A stretch of DNA of 64,000 bases, from the NCBI GenBank assembly GCA_040878325.1, contig JBBDMM010000016.1, positions 62,001 to 126,000 on the forward strand, given 5' to 3'. A model generated the notes under the pieces. It did not search any database. It was not told the DNA's origin and saw only the letters and a program-made list of their open reading frames with translations. Shown piece after piece: positions 25,004 to 34,603 of the stretch; the stretch's first letter is position 1; each line of letters begins with the position of its first letter. The position numbers and the translations under genes are program-made. Source of the DNA: Acidimicrobiia bacterium (GTDB lineage: Bacteria > Actinomycetota > Acidimicrobiia > Spongiisociales > UBA11373).

Positions 25004-25636
25004 ATGTCCGACCCTGCCTTCACCTGGGATCGACGGCCGGGCCCGAGCGAGCAGAAGCGGAAGACCCGCCACGAGGTGCCGGCCGAGCCGGCGCCGCCGC
25101 TCGGCGGCCGGATCACGCTCAAGGAGGCCGAGCACCGGTTCGGAGTTTCGGTGGGCACGCTGCGCTCGTGGGCCCGCGATGGGGCGGTCGACGCGGTCAA
25201 GGCCGACGGGCCGAACGGCCGCCAATGGATGATCACCGCCGAGTCGGTGGCCCATCGGATTTCTCATCGTGCGGGAAGCCCCCCGCCCGCTCCTCGAGAG
25301 GGGGCCACCGGCCCGACGGCCGACGGGACGGCGATGCTGGTACCCCGCGACGCCTGGGACCGCCTGATGGACCAATTGGGGAACATCCACGAAGCAGGCC
25401 TGATGCTGTCCGAGGCACGCGAACGGGCCGCCCGCGCCGAAACCGAAGCCGAGTTCCTCCGCGAACGTCTCGGCGAGATCCGCACCGAACGCGACGAGCT
25501 CAGGGCGGCGACCAGGACCAGGGAGATACCCCAGCCGACGGTGACGCCGGCCCCTCGAACGGCTCCGGCGGCCCCAACCCGGAGGCCCACCGCGTGGGAC
25601 ATGGCCAAGCGCTGGTGGCGCGGCGGTCAAGGCTGA
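25004..25636 (+). CDS. MerR/excisionase-type HTH plus coiled-coil protein
   Basis: ITLKEAEHRFGVSVGTLRSWARDG HTH; EARERAARAETEAEFLRERLGEIRTERDEL coiled coil; C-terminal WDMAKRWWRG. Confidence 0.8.
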   Translation: MSDPAFTWDRRPGPSEQKRKTRHEVPAEPAPPLGGRITLKEAEHRFGVSVGTLRSWARDGAVDAVKADGPNGRQWMITAESVAHRISHRAGSPPPAPREGATGPTADGTAMLVPRDAWDRLMDQLGNIHEAGLMLSEARERAARAETEAEFLRERLGEIRTERDELRAATRTREIPQPTVTPAPRTAPAAPTRRPTAWDMAKRWWRGGQG

Positions 25637-25643
25637 CAAGAGA

Positions 25644-25679
25644 TCTTGACTCTTGACTCTTGACTCTCGAATCTTGACT
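25644..25679. repeat. Heptamer array (TCTTGAC)n
   Basis: tcttgac x3, tctcgaa, tcttgac just after the HTH gene stop. Confidence 0.9.
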
Positions 25680-25708
25680 GTTTTCCCCGCCACTACCGTC
25701 ATCACCGC

Positions 25709-26620
25709 ATGGACCGCCCTCCGATCATCTCCGTCACGGACCTGCGGTTCGCCTACGGCAACATCGTCGCCATCGACGGAGTAAGCCTCGAGATCCCCCC
25801 CGGCCGTATCGGTTTGGTGGGCGCCAACGGCGCCGGCAAGACAACCCTGCTCAAGATCCTGCTTGGGGTACTGCCGGCGGCTTCCGGCCAGGTCGCAGTG
25901 CTCGGGCACGACGTCGCCACCCGGCAGCTCGATGTCCGCGCCCGGGTCGGGTGGATGCCGGAGGGAAACTGCATGCCTCCCGACCAGACTGCCGCCGACT
26001 TCCTCGGGTACGCCGCCGAACTGGGTGGGCTGCCGGTACGAGCGGCGCGGCAGCGCGCTAGCGACGTGCTCGGCCTGGTCGGCCTCCACGAGGAGCGCTT
26101 CCGTTTCATCGGCGAGTTCTCCACCGGCATGAAACAACGCGCCAAGTTGGCCCAGGCGATCGTCCACGACCCGCAGCTGGTCCTCCTCGACGAGCCCACT
26201 GCCGGCCTCGACCCCGAAGGACGGGAGGAGATGCTCGATCTCGTCACCCGGCTGGAGGACTTCGGGATCAATGCGGTCATCTCCTCGCATGTGTTGACCG
26301 ACATTGAACGGACTTGCGAGTGGGTCATCATGCTCGACGGCGGCAAGGTGCTGCGATCCGGGCCGCTGACCGATTTGTCGACCACCGATGAAGTCGAATT
26401 GGAGGTCATCGGCGACAGCGCCGCAGTGGTTGCCGTTGCCCAGCGGTTGGGGGCGACGGTCGAGCTGGTGGGCTCGGTGCTCCACCTGACTGCCACCGAT
26501 CGGGACGCCTTCGAGATCGCCAGAGATGCCCTGGCGGAAGTCGGGGCCCCGCTGCGAAGGCTCGCCGCCAAACGGACCACCCTCGAGGACGTATTCATGG
26601 GGGAGGGTTCGAATGGCTGA
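25709..26620 (+). CDS. ABC transporter ATP-binding protein
   Basis: GANGAGKT, FSTGMKQR, LLDEPT, SSH. Confidence 0.95.
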   Translation: MDRPPIISVTDLRFAYGNIVAIDGVSLEIPPGRIGLVGANGAGKTTLLKILLGVLPAASGQVAVLGHDVATRQLDVRARVGWMPEGNCMPPDQTAADFLGYAAELGGLPVRAARQRASDVLGLVGLHEERFRFIGEFSTGMKQRAKLAQAIVHDPQLVLLDEPTAGLDPEGREEMLDLVTRLEDFGINAVISSHVLTDIERTCEWVIMLDGGKVLRSGPLTDLSTTDEVELEVIGDSAAVVAVAQRLGATVELVGSVLHLTATDRDAFEIARDALAEVGAPLRRLAAKRTTLEDVFMGEGSNG

Positions 26621-27476
26621 AGGCGTCGTATTCGATCTGGGATGGCGGCCGCATGACGGACCGCGCCTGGGGCGAGCCGGAGCACGCCGCGCCATCTACC
26701 GCGACGGGCTGCGTCGCGTGCTCGGGCTCCGCCGTCGGGCACGCCGCAAAGTGTTCCCCATCGCGATGCTCAGCATCGCGATACTCCCATCGCTCTTCTT
26801 CGTAGCCCTCAGCGTCATCGCAGGCGAATTCGACGCCAGCGCAACCTTCTTCGGCCATAGCGAGTACTTCGACCTCACCGGAGCGTTGGTGCTCATCTTC
26901 ACCGCGCTCGCCGCCAGCGAACTGCTGATTCCCGACCGCGTCAACGGAACGCTGTCGGTGTACGCGTCCCGACCACTGACGACCGCCGACTACGTGTCGA
27001 TGCGGGCAGCGTCGCTGGCGACAGTCGTATTCGGTTTCCTGTGGCTGCCACATGTCGTGCTGTTTCTCGGCCGCGCCTGGGTGGAGGGGTTCGGCTCCTA
27101 CGTCACCGAGAACTTCGAGGTGCTCGGGCAGACCGCGCTGGCATCGGCCGTCTACTTCCTCGCGTTTGCCCCACTCGGATTCCTGGTGGCAGCGTTCTCG
27201 AAGCGCTCATCGCTCGCGGCCGGAGTGTTTCTGGGAGTCGTCACCATCTCCAGTGCTGCCACTCGCGGGTTGATCGAGGCCGGTATCGACTTCATGGGGC
27301 TCTTCGCCTTCCAGCACCACCCTGGCTACGTGAAGGATTGGATCATGGGTTCGGACACCCACCAGTGGATTCCCGAAGATGCCGGCTTCGATCCGGCCGT
27401 GTCGTTGTTGGTGGTCGTAGTAGTGGCGGCGTTGTCGAGCATCGCCGTGCCGGCGCGCCAGAAGCGGGCGGGATGA
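26613..27476 (+). CDS. ABC transporter permease
   Basis: About six TM helices, LIPDRVNGTLSVYASRP motif; ATG 26613. Confidence 0.88.
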   Translation: MAEGVVFDLGWRPHDGPRLGRAGARRAIYRDGLRRVLGLRRRARRKVFPIAMLSIAILPSLFFVALSVIAGEFDASATFFGHSEYFDLTGALVLIFTALAASELLIPDRVNGTLSVYASRPLTTADYVSMRAASLATVVFGFLWLPHVVLFLGRAWVEGFGSYVTENFEVLGQTALASAVYFLAFAPLGFLVAAFSKRSSLAAGVFLGVVTISSAATRGLIEAGIDFMGLFAFQHHPGYVKDWIMGSDTHQWIPEDAGFDPAVSLLVVVVVAALSSIAVPARQKRAG

Positions 27477-28411
27477 CGACTTCACCTGCCACGGTTGAGG
27501 ACGCCACGGTCGAAGTGAACGACGTGTCGAAGTGGTTCGGCCAGAAGGTGGCGGTGTCAGACGTCACCTGCTCGTTCGGACCCGGCCTCACCGGCCTCCT
27601 CGGACCCAACGGCGCCGGAAAGACGACCTTGCTCCGATTGATCTGCGGCCTGCTCGCCCCGTCCGACGGTGCCGTCTCGATCCTCGGGTCCAACCCACGG
27701 CGCGACCACAAGGTCTACGGGCGAATGGCGCTGGTCCCCGAGGAAGACGCGGTGTACGGCCAACTCACTGCCCGGGCATTCGTGACCTACGCCGCCGACC
27801 TGGCAGGAGCACCACGGGAGGGGGTCGAACGGGCGATCGAAGCAGTGGATCTCGGTTCTGCCGCCGACCGCCCCATTGCCGGGTTCAGCAAAGGCATGCG
27901 TCAACGGGCGAAGGTCGCCGCGGCACTGGTCACCGACCCGCAGGTGCTGATCCTGGACGAACCTCTGAATGGCACCGACCCGGTGCAGCGCGCCCACCTC
28001 ATCGAGACCTTCAAGCGCCTCGCCGCCGGCGGCAAGACGGTGATCGTGTCGTCGCACGTCCTCGCCGAGGTGGAGCGGATGGCAGACCGGGTCATCGCCA
28101 TCGTCGACGGACGCCTGGCTGCCGCCGGTGGAGTGCACGCCATCAGGGAAGCAATGGCCGACACCCCTTATCGAATTCGCATCGACGTCGATGACCCCCG
28201 CGGCGTCGCCGCCAGCCTGATGGCGTCGGAGAGCATCACCTCGGTGACGATCTCAGGCAACGCTCTCCGGATCGAGACGTCCAATCTTCCGGACCTCGGC
28301 CTCCGCGTTCCAAGGATCACCAAAGACCTGGGGGTTCGGCTGACGGCGTTCGAGCCGGAGGATGAGTCCCTCGAGAGCGTGTTTCGCTACCTCGTCCGGA
28401 GACGCAAGTGA
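27473..28411 (+). CDS. ABC transporter ATP-binding protein
   Basis: GPNGAGKT, FSKGMRQR, ILDEP, SSH; ATG 27473. Confidence 0.95.
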   Translation: MTTSPATVEDATVEVNDVSKWFGQKVAVSDVTCSFGPGLTGLLGPNGAGKTTLLRLICGLLAPSDGAVSILGSNPRRDHKVYGRMALVPEEDAVYGQLTARAFVTYAADLAGAPREGVERAIEAVDLGSAADRPIAGFSKGMRQRAKVAAALVTDPQVLILDEPLNGTDPVQRAHLIETFKRLAAGGKTVIVSSHVLAEVERMADRVIAIVDGRLAAAGGVHAIREAMADTPYRIRIDVDDPRGVAASLMASESITSVTISGNALRIETSNLPDLGLRVPRITKDLGVRLTAFEPEDESLESVFRYLVRRRK

Positions 28412-29169
28412 GAGCGTTCCTGTCGATGGTTCGGGTCACCCTGCGTCAAGTGATCGGCGGGCGGCGGTGGATCATCCTCGGACTGGTTGCCCTGCTCTCC
28501 GCCATCGTGATGTGGCTCTCGTCTGCCAACCTCAACGAGGCGAACTCGATCGGCCGGTATCACGACGCCCCCCTCGTGATCCTCTTCATCATCGTCCTGC
28601 CCCTTGTCGCCCTGGTGCTCGGCTCCAGCGCCCTGGGTGACGAGCGGCGCGACGGCACCCTGTCGTTCCTGCTGCTGCGGCCGATTCCGCGATGGTCCAT
28701 CGTCGCGGCGAAGTTCACCGCGTCGTGGCTGGCCGCCACCGCGATCTCCAGCGTCGCCGGGATCCTCGCCAGCGCCGCATTGGCCGCCCGTGCGGGAACC
28801 TGGGTGACACTCGTGCCAACTGTGGTCGGAGTCGCCGTCAGTGCGGCCTGCTACACGGCGGTCTTCCTGGTGTTGGGGCACATCACGTCGCGGGCCGTGC
28901 TCGTCGGCCTCGTGTATCTATTCGTCTGGGAGTCCGGAATCAGCTTTGCGGCGCCGGCACTCGCCAACGTGTCGCTGTTCCGCATCGGCCTCACCGCCTA
29001 CGTGGGGCTGGTGCCCGCGGGAACGCCCGGGGTGGCCCCGCTCGACGAAGTCCTCGGACTGCTCGTCCCCGGAGCCGGGGGTGCAGTGGCCAAGGCTGTC
29101 GGAATCTCGATCGTCTGCATCACCATGGGGGCAGTGCTCCTCAAACGGATGGACGCCACGGGCGAGTGA
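28408..29169 (+). CDS. ABC transporter permease
   Basis: Multiple TM helices, DERRDGTLSFLLLRP motif. Confidence 0.9.
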   Translation: MRAFLSMVRVTLRQVIGGRRWIILGLVALLSAIVMWLSSANLNEANSIGRYHDAPLVILFIIVLPLVALVLGSSALGDERRDGTLSFLLLRPIPRWSIVAAKFTASWLAATAISSVAGILASAALAARAGTWVTLVPTVVGVAVSAACYTAVFLVLGHITSRAVLVGLVYLFVWESGISFAAPALANVSLFRIGLTAYVGLVPAGTPGVAPLDEVLGLLVPGAGGAVAKAVGISIVCITMGAVLLKRMDATGE

Positions 29170-29206
29170 ACTCCCGGGGCGCCCCACCCGGGCTAGCGTC
29201 ACCGAC

Positions 29207-30820
29207 ATGACCGTCGACGGGCCGGCGCCCCGCGGGCTCTACCGGCGCATGGGGATCGCCGCCGCGATCGTCGCTGGCGGCGTCCTCCTCTCCCGGATCC
29301 TCGGCCTGGTGCGACAGGTCATCTTCGCCTGGCTCCTCGGGGCGGGGGCAACCGGTGACGAGTACTTCGTCGCCTTCATCATCCCCGACCTCCTCAACTA
29401 CCTACTGGCCGGGGCATACATGGCGATCACCCTGATCCCCCTGTTGTCGAGACGGTTCGCCGCGGGCGACGAGGACGACGCCCGCCACGCGTTCTGGGCA
29501 ATCGCCCGGCCCCTGACTCTGGCGATCGGGGGGCTGGTGCTGATCGCCATGCCATTCGTGGAGCCGGTGCTGCGGGCCATCGAACCAGGCTTCACCGAGG
29601 CTCAGGTGGCCGAGGCTGCCCGGCTCACTCGCATCGTCTTGCCAGCGCAGGTGTTCTTCATCCTCGGCCAACTGTTCACCGCGTGGCAGTTCGCCCGAGA
29701 GAAGTTCGTGATACCGACCCTCGGTCCGATCGTCTACAACCTCGGGATCATCGCGGGGGGCCTCCTCGGCGCGCTTGGCCAGGAGGATCCGGGAGCGGAT
29801 GGATTCGCCTGGGGAGCCCTCGGCGGAGCGTTCTTCGGGATCTTCGTACTCCAATGGTGGGGGGCTCACCGTCAGGGCTTGCGGCTCCCCTCGGGCCGAC
29901 TCGGCAGGCACCCGGCGGTGCGGCGCTACTTCGCGCTGGCGATTCCCCTCATGCTCGGCCAGTCCCTCGTCGTGCTCGACGAGCAGCTGGGACGAGCGTT
30001 CGGATCGCTCACCGCCAACGGTGGCATCTCCTGGCTCACCTTCGGTCGGCAGACGATGCTGGTACCGGTGGGGGTGATCGCCCAGGCGGCCGGCGTCGCC
30101 GCCTACCCGTTCCTCGCCCGTCTCGCGGCGGAAGGGAAGCATCGGGAGCTGGCCGCAGCCGTCGGGCGAGCGGTGCGCTTCGTGATCGTGCTCAGCCTTG
30201 CCGCGGCAGCCGGCCTGATGGCGATGTCGATCCCGCTGGTGCGTGCACTGTACGAGCGTGGCTCCTTCGAGCCGGCCGACACCCTCGCCACTGCTGCAAC
30301 CGTGGTCGTGTTCGCTATCGGGGTCCCGATGTGGGGTATCCAACAGATCCTCGCACGCGGCTTCTATGCCCGGGAAGAGATGTGGGCTCCGGTGGTGATC
30401 GGCACCGCGGCAACCGTGGCGGCAGTACCGATCTACTGGGCTCTGAACGACTCGATGGGCATCGAGGGACTCGCCCTCGCGTCGAGCCTGGCGATCACCC
30501 TCTACACGATCGGGCTCGCCATCGTCTGGTATCGACGGACCGGCACCCGTGAGTTGTGGCCAGTGGTGAAGACCCTTGCCGGCAACCTCCCGCTGGCCGC
30601 CGCCGGCGGCGGGGCTGCATGGCTGGTCGCACGCTGGGTGCTCGACACCCTCGGGATGGACGGCTTCTTCAACAACGCCGTCGCAGTGGCCATCGGGGGG
30701 GTGGTACTGCTGGCCATAGCGCTATTGCCCCGGCCGGTGCGTCGCGACCTCGTCGGTCGGCCTGCAGCCCGCCTCCAACCCCCGACCAGCACCGAAGAAG
30801 GACCCCTGTCCGATCTCTGA
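29207..30820 (+). CDS. murJ: Lipid II flipase MurJ/MviN
   Basis: LSRILGLVRQ, AFIIPD, LYERGSF, RGFYA; many TM helices. Confidence 0.9.
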   Translation: MTVDGPAPRGLYRRMGIAAAIVAGGVLLSRILGLVRQVIFAWLLGAGATGDEYFVAFIIPDLLNYLLAGAYMAITLIPLLSRRFAAGDEDDARHAFWAIARPLTLAIGGLVLIAMPFVEPVLRAIEPGFTEAQVAEAARLTRIVLPAQVFFILGQLFTAWQFAREKFVIPTLGPIVYNLGIIAGGLLGALGQEDPGADGFAWGALGGAFFGIFVLQWWGAHRQGLRLPSGRLGRHPAVRRYFALAIPLMLGQSLVVLDEQLGRAFGSLTANGGISWLTFGRQTMLVPVGVIAQAAGVAAYPFLARLAAEGKHRELAAAVGRAVRFVIVLSLAAAAGLMAMSIPLVRALYERGSFEPADTLATAATVVVFAIGVPMWGIQQILARGFYAREEMWAPVVIGTAATVAAVPIYWALNDSMGIEGLALASSLAITLYTIGLAIVWYRRTGTRELWPVVKTLAGNLPLAAAGGGAAWLVARWVLDTLGMDGFFNNAVAVAIGGVVLLAIALLPRPVRRDLVGRPAARLQPPTSTEEGPLSDL

Positions 30821-30993
30821 GGGGTCCGGCCGAACGAAGAAGGAGCGGCTCCAGAGCGCCGCTCCCCTTCAGGGTTGCACGAGCCTTCGTGCGGCTAGCC
30901 GGGCGAATATACCGCTTCCCGCTTCCCGCTGCCGGCTCCCCGCTAGCCCGAGTCCTGCGGATGGCGGAAGGCGGAAGGCCCAAAGGCCGGCCG

Positions 30994-31380
30994 CTACTTC
31001 TTCGACTCGGCGAAGATCTCGGCGATCTCGGCGATCAGGGCCAGCAGCTCGTCGCCGACTGCGGGGTCCATCGACTTCTTGGCGTCGCCCGCCTTCTTGG
31101 TGGCCCTCCAGAACAGATCGTGGAGCTGGGGGAACTGTTCCACATGGGGGGGCTTGAAGTAGTCGGTCCACAGCACCCAAAGATGGTGCTTGACCAGTTC
31201 GGCGTGCTTCTCCTTGATGATCACGCAGCGCTGGCGGAAGACCTCATCGTCGGAGTCCTGATACTTCTGGGCGATTGCCTTCACCGACTCGGCCTCGATC
31301 CGGGCCTGGGCCGGGTCGTACACCCCACACATCAGATCGCAGTGGGCATGGGCGATGCGCTTCGGCTTCAGCAACGACAT
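30994..31380 (-). CDS. sodN: Nickel superoxide dismutase precursor
   Basis: Ni-hook HCDLMCGVYDP after a 12-aa leader; LWTDYFKPPH. Confidence 0.97.
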   Translation of the reverse strand: MSLLKPKRIAHAHCDLMCGVYDPAQARIEAESVKAIAQKYQDSDDEVFRQRCVIIKEKHAELVKHHLWVLWTDYFKPPHVEQFPQLHDLFWRATKKAGDAKKSMDPAVGDELLALIAEIAEIFAESKK

Positions 31381-31450
31381 CCTTGCTCGTCTCCTGTTTC
31401 TCGCGAAACCTCACCCTACACTCGCCCCGGCGCGCTACAGAAGGCCCCGC

Positions 31451-31822
31451 GTGTCCTCAATCCTTCGAGCGGCCGGCGCCACCGTGCTCGCCACAGTGAG
31501 CCTGCGGCTCACCCGGTTCGAGATCGCCGAAGAGTCGATGACCCCTGCGCTGATGCCCGGCGACTGGGTGTTCGCGGTCAAGCGACCGCGGAGAATCCGG
31601 GTGGGAGACGTCGTGGTCTTCGAGATGCGGCCGGGGTTCGAGGTGGTCAAACGGGTGGCGAATCCTCCGCCGGGCTCTGCCGGGTTGTGGCTCCTCGGCG
31701 ACGACCCGGATGCGGGCAGCGTCGACAGCAGGTCGCTGGGGGCCATCCCCCACGACCGGGTGATCGCCCGACTGCTCCTCCGCTACCACCCCCGGCCACT
31801 GGCCGCCGTGGGCCGGCCGTAG
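31451..31822 (+). CDS. sodX: NiSOD maturation protease (S26 family)
   Basis: SMTPAL (Ser), VVKRV (Lys), GDD..SVDSR; divergent from sodN. Confidence 0.85.
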   Translation: MSSILRAAGATVLATVSLRLTRFEIAEESMTPALMPGDWVFAVKRPRRIRVGDVVVFEMRPGFEVVKRVANPPPGSAGLWLLGDDPDAGSVDSRSLGAIPHDRVIARLLLRYHPRPLAAVGRP

Positions 31823-31896
31823 CCGCGGCGTGAATGCCGCCCCTCGCCCGGCGGCCGGCCTCGCAAGCCCGGATGGTCACTACTGTGCCCGACGCG

Positions 31897-33009
31897 ATGA
31901 CCCGACTCTCCAAGTTCTCGATGCTCCTGATGACCTTCGCCCTGGTGGCTACGGCGTGCGGGGGCGATGCCGCCCCGGCAACCACCACCACGACAACGGC
32001 GCCCACCACGACGGTCGCACCGACGACCACTGCCCCCACGACCACCACCTCCACCGCCCCGACCACCACGACCGCAGGGCCTGAGACCACCGTCACCACG
32101 TTCCCCGTCGGCTTCGCTTCGCCTCTCAACGGGCTCCCGGCGGACGACACCCTCAGGCTCGACCGAAGCGTCATAGCGGTCAAGGTCGACAATCACCCCG
32201 GAGCCATCCCGCAGTCCGGCCTCCTGGATGCCGACGCAATGATCGAGACACTGGTCGAGGGCGGGTTCACCCGTTTCATCGCCCTATTCCACGACAACGA
32301 GACCGAGTTGCTCGGTCCGATCCGTTCGTTGCGGCCTACCGACTCGACCCTCGTCCTGCCGACCGGTGCACCGCTCTTCATGTCAGGCGGCCAGGCCTGG
32401 GTCCAGGCCCTCACGGCGTCCCGCGGGGTGCGGCTGCTGGGCGAGAGCGCCGGGATGTTCCGCAGGTCGCTGCACGCGGCGCCCCACAACCTGTATGGCA
32501 ACACCGAGACGCTGCGGGCGCGGGCGGATGCGCGGGGTTACACGGACAATCCGGTGCAGCACATCTTCGCCATCGACCACTGGGCCTATCCCGAGGCGAC
32601 GGCCACCGAGATCCGCCTCTCGTGGTCGGGCACAACCAATGTGATCTGGACATACGACGCCGAGACGCGGACCTACCTCCGCACCATGAACAACCTCGTG
32701 CACAACGTGCAGGACGAGGATCGGAACTTGACTCAGATCGCCGTCGATGTCCTGGTGATCCTCGAGAGCCGCCTCCACACCGCCTCCCCCACCGGGGAGG
32801 GACAATCGGTTCCCGCCCTCGACACGTTGGGGAGCGGCGACGCGTGGGTGTTCGCCCGCGGACGGATGTGGCAGGGGACCTGGGAGCGGGACAACATGTC
32901 TGATCCTTTCACGCTGGTCTCGGCCGACGGGACCACCGCGGTCGTACCCGCCGGGCTCTCCTGGACCTCGGTGTTCCCGGCCGGCCGGTCGATCAACACC
33001 TCGGGATGA
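31897..33009 (+). CDS. DUF3048-like lipoprotein
   Basis: Lipobox ATAC, Thr-rich linker, VKVDN, PQSGL..AD, VEGGFTR, GPIRSLR, APHNLY. Confidence 0.85.
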   Translation: MTRLSKFSMLLMTFALVATACGGDAAPATTTTTTAPTTTVAPTTTAPTTTTSTAPTTTTAGPETTVTTFPVGFASPLNGLPADDTLRLDRSVIAVKVDNHPGAIPQSGLLDADAMIETLVEGGFTRFIALFHDNETELLGPIRSLRPTDSTLVLPTGAPLFMSGGQAWVQALTASRGVRLLGESAGMFRRSLHAAPHNLYGNTETLRARADARGYTDNPVQHIFAIDHWAYPEATATEIRLSWSGTTNVIWTYDAETRTYLRTMNNLVHNVQDEDRNLTQIAVDVLVILESRLHTASPTGEGQSVPALDTLGSGDAWVFARGRMWQGTWERDNMSDPFTLVSADGTTAVVPAGLSWTSVFPAGRSINTSG

Positions 33010-34385
33010 TCGAGTCGATCGCCCGGGCCGTCAGAGCCCAGGAGCGCTCGGCAAGAGAGATAGCCGCTGGGGCCCTAGCAGCGGCCGCCGCGACCGAGGC
33101 ACTCAACGCATTCACCTCGATCGACGCAGAAGCGGCCCTCGCCCGGGCAGCCACGATCGATGCGACCGTTGCCGCCGGCGGCGACCCCGGTCCACTCGCC
33201 GGCGTCCCCGTGGCACTCAAGGACATCATCGATCACGCCGGCCGGACGACGACGTGCGGGTCATCGTTCTACAGAGAGGTCCCCAAGCGGTCCGCTCCCG
33301 TCGTCGACCGGCTGGAGGCGGCCGGGGCGGTCGTCATCGGGCGAACGGGGCTCCACGAGTTCGCTTACGGCTTCTCGTCGGAAAACGACTGGTGGGGGCC
33401 GGTCCGCAACCCGTGGAATCTGAACACCTCCCCCGGCGGCTCATCCGGGGGCTCCGCGGCGGCGGTCGCCGCGGGTGTGGTCCCGTTGGGCATCGGCACC
33501 GACACCGGAGGATCGGTCCGGGTGCCGGCGGCCATGTGCGGCATCATCGGGCTGAAGGTGACTCATGGGCGAGTCCCGCTCACCGGCGTGTTCCCGTTGG
33601 CACCGTCGCTCGACACCGTAGGTCCACTGACTCGTTCTGTCGGCGACGCGGCGATCGCCTATGCGGTGATGGCGGGTTACCACTCCGAGGATCCCTGGTC
33701 GGCGAATCAACCGGTGGAGATCACCGACCGTCCTGCCGACCTCCGCGGCCTCCGGGTGGGGATCCCCCTGCCCTGGACCGAGCGCCCTCTCGAGACCGAA
33801 ATCGCAGCTGCCTACGCCGCGACACTTGCGGGCCTCGAGTCGGCCGGTGCGGAGATCAGCGAGATCCGCGACCCCATCTTCGACCCGGAGCAACTCCCCC
33901 GGGCCACCTATGCGGAGATCGCCACGGTTCATCGTGAGTGGTTCACGGAGGACCCCGAGCGCTACGGCCTCGAAACTCGGGACCGCCTCGAGCGAGAAAT
34001 GCTCCACTCGGCAGAAGACATCGCCCGGGGGCGGGAGTGGCAGGCGGCACTACGGCAGGCTGCAGAGCGCGCCTTCAGCCACGTCCAGGTGCTGGTCACC
34101 CCGACCACCGCCGCCAGATCGAAAATCATCGGCAGCGCGACGGTAGATGGAGGTGCCGACCCCGAGCCGTACCGAACCGCGCTCTCATGGTTCAGCACAT
34201 TCGCCAATCAGATCGGCATCCCCGCGCTGTCACTGCCCGCCGCCGGCGGAGGTGCCCCGCCCCCGTCGATCCAGCTGATCGCGCCCTGGTGGCAAGAGGC
34301 CAATTTGCTCGCCATCGGGTGGGCCATGACCGACGCGGGAATCACCAGCCCGGCACGAGTTCCCACGGAACAACCAGCGACGTAA
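33006..34385 (+). CDS. Amidase-signature family enzyme
   Basis: VALKD, PGGSSGGS, GTDTGGSVRVPA. Confidence 0.92.
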   Translation: MIESIARAVRAQERSAREIAAGALAAAAATEALNAFTSIDAEAALARAATIDATVAAGGDPGPLAGVPVALKDIIDHAGRTTTCGSSFYREVPKRSAPVVDRLEAAGAVVIGRTGLHEFAYGFSSENDWWGPVRNPWNLNTSPGGSSGGSAAAVAAGVVPLGIGTDTGGSVRVPAAMCGIIGLKVTHGRVPLTGVFPLAPSLDTVGPLTRSVGDAAIAYAVMAGYHSEDPWSANQPVEITDRPADLRGLRVGIPLPWTERPLETEIAAAYAATLAGLESAGAEISEIRDPIFDPEQLPRATYAEIATVHREWFTEDPERYGLETRDRLEREMLHSAEDIARGREWQAALRQAAERAFSHVQVLVTPTTAARSKIIGSATVDGGADPEPYRTALSWFSTFANQIGIPALSLPAAGGGAPPPSIQLIAPWWQEANLLAIGWAMTDAGITSPARVPTEQPAT

Positions 34386-34390
34386 GCGAC

Positions 34391-34480
34391 TCGCTGTGGG
34401 AATAGGCTCGCCCCGGGATCAGGTCTCGGCTTGTGGCTAGCCGAGACCTGATGAAGCCGGCGAACCTATTCCCTCAGCGA
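34391..34480. terminator. Long imperfect hairpin between the amidase gene and korA
   Basis: 14-bp perfect inner stem ATCAGGTCTCGGCT/AGCCGAGACCTGAT with outer arms GGGAATAGG/CCTATTCCC and TCGCTG/CAGCGA. No U-tract, so the function is uncertain. Confidence 0.5.
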
Positions 34481-34603
34481 CTTACAATGAACGAAGTCGC
34501 GATTCCGGAGGAACGATCATCTACGACCCGGTGAGGTCGACCATGCTGGCTTGCCCCCTCGCCGCTCCTCCATTTCCGTCGCACGTTCAGGAGTGATCCA
34601 ATC

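Noticed and set aside
33006..34385. Amidase as gatA
   Set aside because: No gatB/gatC neighbours, and GatA-specific motifs were not recognised.
34448..34466. CTGATGA...CGAA resembling a hammerhead ribozyme core
   Set aside because: No stem II and no GAAA, and the motif is largely sequestered in the long hairpin.
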